Shown: positions 35,738 through 44,900 of the stretch, piece by piece
Numbering within the stretch: position 1 is the stretch's first letter
Layout of the letters: each line of letters starts with the position of its first letter
Source of the DNA: a virus
Lineage: Duplodnaviria > Caudoviricetes
DNA length: 47,115 bases
IMG/VR virus record: IMGVR_UViG_3300046795_000055
Coordinates: 1 to 47,115 of that record
Strand: one strand, 5' to 3'
The notes under the pieces: generated by a model
What the model saw: only the letters and a program-made list of their open reading frames with translations
Databases searched by the model: none
Told to the model about the DNA's origin: nothing
Made by a program: the position numbers and the translations under genes

Positions 35738-37587
35738 TTAAAGACAAAAACAGGGTGTTCGACGGCTGGCTCACGCTGGAAGGCGGAGTCGATGCTGGTC
35801 GCATGCCTGATTCCCTGGACGTCAACCAGGCAGTAAGCGCACGCAACATTACGTTTCGTGGCGGCACGATGAAAACTCGCCCGGGGTTCAGGAAACTGGA
35901 CGAGGAATTCCCCGCTGGCACCGGTCAAACGTGGTGCTTCAATGAGCCACACACCTTCAATCCGGATAGTTCATTCATAGCCGGAGAATACAAGCCTAAC
36001 AACGTGGGGATCAATGGTCTTGGTGCGTGTGTTTTCACTACTGGGACGAAAGGAGACGTCACTGTTACCGCGTCCAGCCATGGCTTGATTGCCGGTCAGA
36101 AGGTGGTGTTCGTCACCAGTGGCACGCTTCCGGCGTCGATTCATCCCGCTCCTCATCAGTATTTTGTCCTGAGCGACAGCCTGACTACGACCAATTTCAG
36201 GATTTCAGAGACCTTGAATGGCCCGAAAATCACGTTCGCCACGGCTGGGACTGGTGTGCATCGAGCTTTCCTGTTTGGCAGCATCGCACGCTGGTTCGTG
36301 AACGAAGACTCAAATTGGGTTTACAAGCACGGCATCCTGCAATGCGCTGCGGCCTACTCGCCTCATAACGGAGAAGACTGCATCGTGGCTCTCATTGGTG
36401 GCCGCCTGTTCAAGATCGTACCCCGGGTGAACACGGCCAAGGTCACCGAGGTCGTCATCGACGACGATCCTAAGAAGCTCCGGAACATGAAAAGGATTCC
36501 GATTGGCTATATGTGCCAGGCCGACAAATGGATGATCGCCCAGGACGGCAACAGCAGGGCCATCATCTTCGATTCGGTCAAGGCTCGCAGGGCGAAGACG
36601 ACCGTGGACATTGACCACACTGAAATCCCAACCGGCACCATGATGGCCTACGGCATGGGGCGGCTGGTGGTGATAGTCAACCAGCGCGATGTGGCGTTTG
36701 GCGACCTTTACGGAAGCCATGACCTGCCAGATCCCGCCGACTCACTGATCCTGTTCACGGAGCGCAATTTCCTGGCGGAAGGTTTCGATGCCGCCATCCC
36801 GTTCCAGCAGGGAGTGGCCACCGGGATGATCTTCTTTCCGCAGTTGGACACCTCCACCGGGAATGGTCAGCTCCTGGTGTTCGCAGAGCGCGGTGCCACC
36901 AGCTTTTTCCTTTCCCTGGATCGCAGCCTCTGGAAAAGCAGCTCTTTCCAGATCCTGTCGCTCCTTACAACGGGACTCCGGGGCCACCGCTCCATCTCGG
37001 TGGTGAACGAAGATCTATGGTTCAGGAGTGATGACGGAATGCGCTCATGGCGTCAGGCCCGCAGTGAGCAGAGCGGCTGGGCGCACATCCCGCTCTCCAC
37101 CAACGTCCGGCAGTACTTTGAAAACGACACAGGCTCGCTGCTCAAATACTGCTCCTCCATGTATTTCGACAACCGGGTTCTAATCAGCACTTCTCCGTTG
37201 TGGAACAATGGCCGACCAATCCACTGGGGATCGGTGGTGGTGGATTTCGACATCCTGAGTTCCTTTGGGCAGACCCCGAACGTGCAGTCCACGAAACCAG
37301 CATGGGAAGGTCAGTGGCTATCCACGAAGTTTCTTCCCATCCAGTTGCTCACCGGAACGTTCAACGGCGTTACCCGATCGTTTATTTTCGGCATGGACGG
37401 CCACGGGGAGAATCAGCTCTACGAGCTGTCATCGGATGACCACGACGATTTTGGCGGCGAACTCATCAACTGGGAGCTAATCAGCAGGACGTTCGATTTC
37501 AATAAGCTCAACCCGCAGGATTCTACTGTGTTTACAGAGAACGAACTGTATGATGGCGACCTGTGGCTGAAGGAGATCATCGAGTAA
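35734..37587 (+). CDS. Probable tail nozzle/stabilisation protein (P22 gp10/T7 gp12-like), N-terminal part
   Basis: N.TFRGG..KTRPG start, beta-propeller-like composition, position before the internal proteins. Confidence 0.65.
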   Translation: MIKDKNRVFDGWLTLEGGVDAGRMPDSLDVNQAVSARNITFRGGTMKTRPGFRKLDEEFPAGTGQTWCFNEPHTFNPDSSFIAGEYKPNNVGINGLGACVFTTGTKGDVTVTASSHGLIAGQKVVFVTSGTLPASIHPAPHQYFVLSDSLTTTNFRISETLNGPKITFATAGTGVHRAFLFGSIARWFVNEDSNWVYKHGILQCAAAYSPHNGEDCIVALIGGRLFKIVPRVNTAKVTEVVIDDDPKKLRNMKRIPIGYMCQADKWMIAQDGNSRAIIFDSVKARRAKTTVDIDHTEIPTGTMMAYGMGRLVVIVNQRDVAFGDLYGSHDLPDPADSLILFTERNFLAEGFDAAIPFQQGVATGMIFFPQLDTSTGNGQLLVFAERGATSFFLSLDRSLWKSSSFQILSLLTTGLRGHRSISVVNEDLWFRSDDGMRSWRQARSEQSGWAHIPLSTNVRQYFENDTGSLLKYCSSMYFDNRVLISTSPLWNNGRPIHWGSVVVDFDILSSFGQTPNVQSTKPAWEGQWLSTKFLPIQLLTGTFNGVTRSFIFGMDGHGENQLYELSSDDHDDFGGELINWELISRTFDFNKLNPQDSTVFTENELYDGDLWLKEIIE

Positions 37588-37902
37588 ATGCACGATCTTC
37601 GCATACATTATCGTCCGGATAACTACCCGCAGTGGACTCTGTGGCGTGAGTTCATCGACAAGTTCACAATGATCGGTGAGCGCGGCCTGATCGACGCAGG
37701 TGGTGTGCCGACCGCACGCCCCGGGTTTGCTCCAAGAGTCTCGTTAGGCAAACCTGCCAACGACTGTGATCCAACCACCAGTCGCAAGCTGCGCCGGGGC
37801 TACGATTTTCAGATCAAGTTTTCCGGCTCTGGCCACATAGTCATCGACCGGTTCAGGCTGCACGCGCAGCGTCAGATTGAAACTTCAAGAGCGAAATGCT
37901 AG
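37588..37902 (+). CDS. Probable C-terminal part of the nozzle protein, same frame after TAA
   Basis: ATG immediately follows the stop in frame; beta-strand-rich ending ...FQIKFSGSGHIVIDRFRL. Confidence 0.6.
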   Translation: MHDLRIHYRPDNYPQWTLWREFIDKFTMIGERGLIDAGGVPTARPGFAPRVSLGKPANDCDPTTSRKLRRGYDFQIKFSGSGHIVIDRFRLHAQRQIETSRAKC

Positions 37903-37909
37903 ACTGCTT

Positions 37910-38686
37910 ATGAATCCCCACGTTAAAACTGAGTTTGGCACGCCTGATCCCAATGCGACGCCGCTCAACCTCGTTCAGTTAATCCAGCTCCTCAACGGAC
38001 TGGTCATCACCACCATCGAGGGGAGCTATCAGCCATACGTTCTCCAGAATGGCACCCCTAATGCCGACGACCAGGACAAGGTGTGGATCGAGAAAGATTC
38101 CCAGGGCCGACCTGTGTCCATAAAGGTGTACTGGTCGGGGAGCTGGCGCAGGATTTACAACGGCATGCTTGGTGAGATCAGGGCGTTCCACGGTGCCCCG
38201 GGGTATAGCCCTGAAGGGCATTTCAATGCCACCGGCCTGGGGAACGTGGGCGGAGAATACGACGGCTGGGCTTTGTGCAACGGGAAGAACGGTACGCCGG
38301 ACTTCTCGGACAAGTTCCTGGTCGGGGCGCACATGAACAAGTCCGACAGCCATAACGATTATGAGGATGGCGAATGGCTGACCTGGGCCGATCCCAAAAC
38401 AGGCCAGCACACTGGCGGAGTGCATGAGTTCATACTGAACGAAAAGACCAGCTACCAGCCCACGGTGGACATCGGGACTCTCAAGATCGGCAGATACAAA
38501 ATCGACTCCGGAGGGGAAGACCTCGACAAGCACGGACTGCTGTGGGGGAAACCCAGCGTGGGCAACGAAGACAACAACGAAATCCTGAAAATCCAGTCGG
38601 AAGGAAATCCAACTCCTGACGCAGTGAGCGTTCTTAACCCATTCATCGCCCTCGGGTGGATCATCTTCATAGGATACCAGTCATAA
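37910..38686 (+). CDS. Tail-collar-domain protein
   Basis: GEIRAF.G...GWALCNGKNGTPDFSDKFLVG and C-terminal NPFIALGWII. Confidence 0.8.
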   Translation: MNPHVKTEFGTPDPNATPLNLVQLIQLLNGLVITTIEGSYQPYVLQNGTPNADDQDKVWIEKDSQGRPVSIKVYWSGSWRRIYNGMLGEIRAFHGAPGYSPEGHFNATGLGNVGGEYDGWALCNGKNGTPDFSDKFLVGAHMNKSDSHNDYEDGEWLTWADPKTGQHTGGVHEFILNEKTSYQPTVDIGTLKIGRYKIDSGGEDLDKHGLLWGKPSVGNEDNNEILKIQSEGNPTPDAVSVLNPFIALGWIIFIGYQS

Positions 38687-40092
38687 TGGTCGAAGCACCT
38701 TCCAGCATTGATATTGCCTTCCCGCCGCCCACTGAGTTTCTGCCGCTGCCGGGCGGCCTTCAGTTCAGGGACGTTGCTCCCATGATCTGCGGCGTGGTGG
38801 AGAACGGCGTGTGCGCGGATGACCCGCGTGTCCTGGTGCGCTTGAACGAAGCCACCAAGATCATCCTCGATGCGCTGATCCCGGTCGGCGGAATGATAAT
38901 CGCCAACATTGTGGCCCAAAGCCGGTTTCTGTTCCTTCCGCCGCAGATGGAGAACATCATTGAAGTGCATCCGGCTATCCCGACTGACAGCACCAAAGCG
39001 TATGGCGACAAGGACACCACTCAGGCGTGGTGCGAGATCGTCAACAACTCCGCCTACCTCGATCCGTCGCAGGCGATGGACAATCCGCTCCTGGACTTCG
39101 GACTGAACGGCAACCCGGCAGATCCCAGTGATGTGAGAAGGGTCTATTTCTACCCCGGGCTTGATCCATCCAACGCGGTGGTGCAATGCACGGGAGCGAA
39201 GCGATACCTGCCACTCACTAATGACGAAGACTACCTGATTTGCCAGAACATCGAGGCCATCAAGTGCATCATCCTGTCGATTGAGCGTTACGAGAACAAC
39301 GCCATTCAGGAAGCGCAGGCGTACCGGCAGGCAGGGATGGAGATGCTTCAGGCCGAAGTCAAAAAGCACATCTTCGATCCTCGCAACTACATGCGCAGGA
39401 AGTCCGGCTACCGTCAGGATCTGGTGGATTTCGCGCAGAACACCCTTGGCTGGATGAGGGCGCAGATCGCTCTCGACCTTCCCGAAGCCCTGAGAATGGG
39501 CAAGCGCGACCTCACATGGACGATCAACCAGGCCGAACGCCGTCTGATGGAGCGCGGCATCTGGAAAGACACCGTTATCACCATCAAGGCAACAGTGGTG
39601 GGAGGAAGCATCTATTTCCCGCAGGGAGTCGAAGGCGTCCTGGCATTCGACGTCTGCGGTCGTCCATGCCCGATCCGAAGCCAGTTCTTCCAGTCGCTGG
39701 AGAACGGGCCGGGAGGTTTCCCGTGCTCTGAAATGCTGATCGACCAGGGCGACCATCTACAGCCCGGGTTCTCCGCACCGCGCCGCAAATACAAGCTGAT
39801 CGCCAACTGCGAAGACTCCACCACGATCACCGCCGTCTGCAAATTGCGCTGGGTTCTAAAGAAACCCGAGGACATGATGGTGATTAAGAACTACGAGGCG
39901 TTGAGGCTGATGACCTCTGGAAAGATGATGGAGGAAGCCGAGAAATGGCAGGAGGCCGGGGTAAATCAGCAGCAAGCTCTCGACATTTTGGATAAGGAAC
40001 TCAAAAACTACCTGGCTGGAATCAGGCACACCGTTCACATCCAGACCTACGGGTTCGGGTTAGGCGATGTGGGCGGTTACGGGAGTCAATAA
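38686..40092 (+). CDS. Probable tail adaptor (tubular protein A-like) built from two tandem repeats
   Basis: LNEA...LP..+E.I...NIEAIK..EA repeated as INQA...FP..+E.V...NYEALR..EA. Confidence 0.6.
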   Translation: MVEAPSSIDIAFPPPTEFLPLPGGLQFRDVAPMICGVVENGVCADDPRVLVRLNEATKIILDALIPVGGMIIANIVAQSRFLFLPPQMENIIEVHPAIPTDSTKAYGDKDTTQAWCEIVNNSAYLDPSQAMDNPLLDFGLNGNPADPSDVRRVYFYPGLDPSNAVVQCTGAKRYLPLTNDEDYLICQNIEAIKCIILSIERYENNAIQEAQAYRQAGMEMLQAEVKKHIFDPRNYMRRKSGYRQDLVDFAQNTLGWMRAQIALDLPEALRMGKRDLTWTINQAERRLMERGIWKDTVITIKATVVGGSIYFPQGVEGVLAFDVCGRPCPIRSQFFQSLENGPGGFPCSEMLIDQGDHLQPGFSAPRRKYKLIANCEDSTTITAVCKLRWVLKKPEDMMVIKNYEALRLMTSGKMMEEAEKWQEAGVNQQQALDILDKELKNYLAGIRHTVHIQTYGFGLGDVGGYGSQ

Positions 40093-40093
40093 T

Positions 40094-41023
40094 ATGGCAA
40101 ATCTTAGCGACATGATTCATGGGCGGAAGCCGGAGGTCGCGGAGTTCATCCCCACTGATCTCATTGAGGCGTTAGACAAGCTCCTCAAGGGGGAGATGAC
40201 CGAATGGCCGCAGATTCAACAGCTCGGGACTCTCTTTCAGAATGACGTATTCGACAAGCTGTCGTCTGCTGGTCTCGATCTCAGGAGCCTCATAGGTCTT
40301 GGCAGTGAGGATGCCAAGGGCGTGCTTGAAGCAGCCAAGCCGATGATTAAAGGGGAATTGCCACCCGATGTCATGGCGCAGGTGTTCCGGCAGAGTGCTT
40401 TCCAGAATCTCGGCACCGGCCTGATGGGTTCACCCATGGGCGGAGCGAACCAGGCGCGGCAGCTTGGCCTGACAAGTCTGGACATGATGAAGCAGGGAGC
40501 AGACCTGGCGGCTTCCGGCGGGAACGCGGCGCAGCGATGGGCGCAGATAGCGAGCGGCACCATGATGCCCACCAGTCAGTACATGTACAGTCCATCGTTC
40601 TTCGCCGACTTCCTGGCGAAGCAGGCCGCAGCGAAGCGCGATGTGAAGCAGTTGCGCTACAACACCGCTGCCGCTCCTGATCCGGCCATGGCGCATCGCG
40701 CCGCAATGCTGGCCAGCTTGCTTGGCAGTTTTGCCGGGCCTGGGGGCAGCTCAATGGGCAACTCAATAGCTCAAAACCCGAATCTCAATTACGGCTCCAT
40801 GATGAGTGGCGGAGTCGCCGGAGCGATGGGAGGCCCGAGCGGTATGGCTGGCGGCATGTCCTTTGGAGGAACGCAGGGGATGCAGTTTGGTCAGCCAGCG
40901 AACCAGGGCTTTATGACGAACTTCGGTAACGCCTTCAACAGCACTGATCCGAATTACCAGACCACCGGGGTTGGCGGCAGCCTCGGAGGTTGGCTGGGAG
41001 GCATTTTCAACTCAGGAGGATAA
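40094..41023 (+). CDS. Probable internal/ejection protein 1
   Basis: Gly/Met/Ala-rich with weakly hydrophobic Gly-rich segments; podovirus position. Confidence 0.65.
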   Translation: MANLSDMIHGRKPEVAEFIPTDLIEALDKLLKGEMTEWPQIQQLGTLFQNDVFDKLSSAGLDLRSLIGLGSEDAKGVLEAAKPMIKGELPPDVMAQVFRQSAFQNLGTGLMGSPMGGANQARQLGLTSLDMMKQGADLAASGGNAAQRWAQIASGTMMPTSQYMYSPSFFADFLAKQAAAKRDVKQLRYNTAAAPDPAMAHRAAMLASLLGSFAGPGGSSMGNSIAQNPNLNYGSMMSGGVAGAMGGPSGMAGGMSFGGTQGMQFGQPANQGFMTNFGNAFNSTDPNYQTTGVGGSLGGWLGGIFNSGG

Positions 41024-41024
41024 C

Positions 41025-41987
41025 ATGGCAAACGAATACGGCCCAACGGTAGAACCAGGCTGGATCGGCGGCGCAAAAATGCCCGGACAACCCGATCTCG
41101 TTGGAAACTTTATGAACGCTTGGCAGCTCGGGGTCGCGGCTAACGCCAAGGAACGGTACTACCAGAACATGGTGGCGCAGATGCAGCTCAAAGGGCTGAA
41201 AATGCAGCAGGACAGCCAGCAGGACGCCTTCAAGAATGAAATGGCGGTCAAAAAGCTGGGCTGGGATCAGGAGAAATTTGTTCAGCAGATGGAGAACGCG
41301 CAGTCGGCCATGGGAATCAAACAAGCCCGTGAGGAACGCCTTTCAAATAAAATCCAGGATGCCAACGAAGCTGAAGCCGGTGCTAATGACGTCCTTGCTC
41401 AGTTGTACCGGGAAAACAAAGGGCCGGGAACACCGGATTTTGAAGCCGAGTACGCCACTCGGATGTCGCCATGGCTCGCCAAGTCAGCGACCGTCAGGCT
41501 CACTTACAACAACATGCTGCATCAGGCCAACAGTGTGCGTGATGACAACCAGCGCGGGATCGAAGCCTCATGGAAACGCTTCAACGAGAACATCGGCAGA
41601 AAGATCGGTGGCGGCAACGTGCTGAATCAGAACTACGACCTGTTCCTGCACCCCGAAAACCTGGAGCCGGTCATGGAAGGATGGAATCCTTTCGACAGGC
41701 ATGACACTGGCAAGAAGTATGTGCCGGTTCAGGACGCCGCCGGGAATGCCGGTAAGCAGGTGGTGGACATGAGCACCCTGAAGGATCTGCAACAGGAATA
41801 CCAGTCGATCCTCGACAGGGAGAAAAGGCAGGCCAGCCCGATCCATATACCGGACATGGGCGTGCGGTCAGCGGAGCCGTTGCCAGCCGACAGGAGCAAG
41901 TGGGAGATAAACCACGTTTACACTTCACCAAAGACCGGTCAACCAGGGCGTTGGAACGGCAGCACGTTTGATCCGGTAGGACAGTAA
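41025..41987 (+). CDS. Probable internal/ejection protein 2
   Basis: Gln-rich coiled coil; ends ...GRWNGSTF.PV; GGAGGA upstream. Confidence 0.65.
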   Translation: MANEYGPTVEPGWIGGAKMPGQPDLVGNFMNAWQLGVAANAKERYYQNMVAQMQLKGLKMQQDSQQDAFKNEMAVKKLGWDQEKFVQQMENAQSAMGIKQAREERLSNKIQDANEAEAGANDVLAQLYRENKGPGTPDFEAEYATRMSPWLAKSATVRLTYNNMLHQANSVRDDNQRGIEASWKRFNENIGRKIGGGNVLNQNYDLFLHPENLEPVMEGWNPFDRHDTGKKYVPVQDAAGNAGKQVVDMSTLKDLQQEYQSILDREKRQASPIHIPDMGVRSAEPLPADRSKWEINHVYTSPKTGQPGRWNGSTFDPVGQ

Positions 41988-41988
41988 A

Positions 41989-44900
41989 ATGTCACCGGAA
42001 GAATTCACAGGACAGGCAACGGCAACCCCGAGTCCGAGTCCCGGGGCTTCTCCAGCTCCATCGGGTGGCGGAATCTCGGCTGATGATTTCGCTGGTGGAA
42101 CTTCTGCTCCTCCGGCAGCTCCTTCACCAACGCCCGGCCAGTTCAACCTCGACGGAACCGCAGCCAACCGGCCTACCGGACAGTCGGCCACGGACGCGGC
42201 GATGAATGCCGCCAGGACAGCATACAAGTTCACCTCGCTGTCGAATCCCCTGCTGTGGCCGGGGTATGCGGTAGGCCAGACAGCAGCGGCGCGTGCCACC
42301 CTCAATAATGCAGCGCAGAAAGCCATTGGCTCCATCAAGCCGATCGCTGCTGGAATGGCGAGGACGGCAGGAATGAGATTTGGTGTTCACCCGGGAGAAA
42401 ACGCCCTGATGCCCATGGAGCCTGGCCAGAATTACGACCAACTCAGGCAGCAGCAGGACAAGGTGCTGAGAGAAGATCCCTTCTTTTCGGCAACCCAGAA
42501 AGCTCCCGAATTGGCCGCCAAGATGTTCCCAATACCACCAGGTCTTGAGAACAAATGGTACACGCAGGCAGGCGGTGCTGCCGGTAGTTTCGTTCCTATT
42601 GTGGCCAGTGGCCCATTCGCGCCATTCACCATTGGAATGGAGACCATCGGTGACAAGACGGAGCACGTTTACGAGGACAACATCAGGCGTGGAATGTCTC
42701 CCGATGCGGCGGCCAAGGACAGCTTCGACCGCGCCATAGCAGCCGGAGCAACACAGGCGGCGTTGTGGCAGGTTCTTCCTAAACCACTGCACAGTGCTTT
42801 CGACAGGTACCTCATCGACAAGGTTGGGGTGACAGGATGGAAGCGGTTTCTTCTCAACAGGGCGGCGAACGCTGGCGAAGGCGCAGCTCTTGGAGCCGCC
42901 ACGCAGATCCCAACCAACATTGCATCGGGCGATCCCGCGTTGAAGGATGTTGCTCAGACTGCCGGTGGGCTGGCATTGGCGCAGACGTTCTTTCCACGCG
43001 GCAAGACGCACGCAGAGCATGAGGTCGAGAAAACTCACCGGGAACAAATCCTTAAAGAAGTGAATTCCTTCCTGGCGAGAACTGCTCCCACTGTGGGTGA
43101 GGTGCAAGGCCCGCCCATTCCGCCGCCGCCAACAAAACGATTTGCAGAAACGCCCGGGGAAGAAGTCGGGCCGATCATTGAACAGCCAGCAAAAGAGGAG
43201 GTGAAGACAGATGCCCCTGAAAAAAGGAACGAGCCAGCAGACAGTCTCGACGAACATACGGGAATTTCATCTAGGGAAGACGTATCAACACACCCTCCAG
43301 ACGAAGGGAAAGGCGGTAGCGAACCGTCAGGCGGTGGCGGCGGCACTGGAGCAGCGGCGGCGGAGCAGAAGCCGCAACCGATAGCCCCGGGGATGTATGA
43401 CTTCGGGTTCGGGCCGGTGGAAGTGCCAGCTCCGCATCAACCCGCAGCGAAACGATTCACCGGATACCAGGATCGTCTGGCCAATGGCGAGGAACTACCG
43501 GAGCATGAGCAGAGCCAGCGTGAGGCAGACCACGCCCAGCTAAAGCAGGCCGGAATTGCCGTCCCGGATCTTCACCCAAAAGCTGAAGACCGCGTTAATC
43601 CCGCCAAGAAGGTGGAAGGTTACATGGGGCCGCCAGACCCAAGTCTGCCGAGGCCGAAAGTCCCAGTCCCGGCTGAAACTCTTGAGCAGCGCGAGCAGGT
43701 AGAGCAACTGAAAGCCAAGGCCATCTACTTGCAGAACAAGCTCGGCAAGGGAGTAGGGAAGCCGAACAATAACCAACAGGCCAACACCATGGCGGATCTG
43801 TGGCAGGTGTGGTCGCAACTGCACAAGATCAGGCGCGACGCCGGGGTGCGAAGGAAAGTCGGCATAGTAGGATGGGGGCCGTTCGGTCTTACCGTAGGAG
43901 ATCACATGCCCTACGAAGGGCCGGATACGGTCATTATCGGAAAGGGACTGGTGGGCGGTCAGGCTGCTAAATCGCAGGAAATCTTTAACGTTGGGATTGG
44001 TGGTGGTGCCGGGATAAAAGGAAGGGATTTATTCGGGTCAAAATACGCAACAGCGAAAACCGGAGGTGCTGAGTTCGTCCGTGGTGATGTGGTGGACATC
44101 AAGTACGCCAACGGGAAAAACGGCAACGAGGGACTCGACATTTACGTTGGTGAAAGGAACGCGGAAGGGAAGGTAACCAGGATCAGCAGTGTTATTCCGG
44201 TGTGGAGGATAGCCATAGCTCCCGGTGCACGCCCGAGTTCAATGCTGAAATTCTACCCGTTCCTGAAAGACGCCGGGTGGGGTGACGCGGAGAACCTGAG
44301 ACGCAAATCAAAAGGCGGGAAAACCGTTATGACCTACGGTGCTGGCAATGCCACATCGCAGGCCATCCTGGGTGCAGTAGAACCAGACGACGGTGCTAAA
44401 AAGGTGTTCGCGGTCTCACGCAAACCTTTCAAGACTGAAACCAGTAACAACCAGGTCGATAGGCTTGATGACTGGGTAAACGAAGGCAAGGTCGAATATG
44501 TCAGTGGGTCAATCCTGGGTGCGGAACAGCTACCGAATGGGAAATGGATTGCCCGTGTAGGCACTGAAAAGCGCATGCCTGACGGCAGTAAAAAAGTCCT
44601 CAACGAAAAAACTTTTGAAGTCGATCACATCGAGAATTTCCTCGGGTCAACATACAACACCGACTGGTTGCCTAACGAGATTGAAGTCACTCCGTTTACC
44701 CGCGTAGTGACAGATCCCAAGACCGGCCATAAAACAGAGGTGCAAATCCCTCTGCCTCAGAAGCCTGGGCTTATCAAGATGCTCAATGGTGCAAAGCAAA
44801 CGACGATGGAGGGCGTTTACGCTGGCGGTGATGCCCGTGCCGGAACTGATTTCATGGAGGAGCCGCCACGCCGCATCGACAGGGCGACAGGTGACGCGGC

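Noticed and set aside
38452-39756. 434-aa minus-strand ORF and similar long antisense ORFs (42124..43257, 26399..27172)
   Set aside because: Shadow frames of GC-rich plus-strand genes, with no motifs or initiation signals
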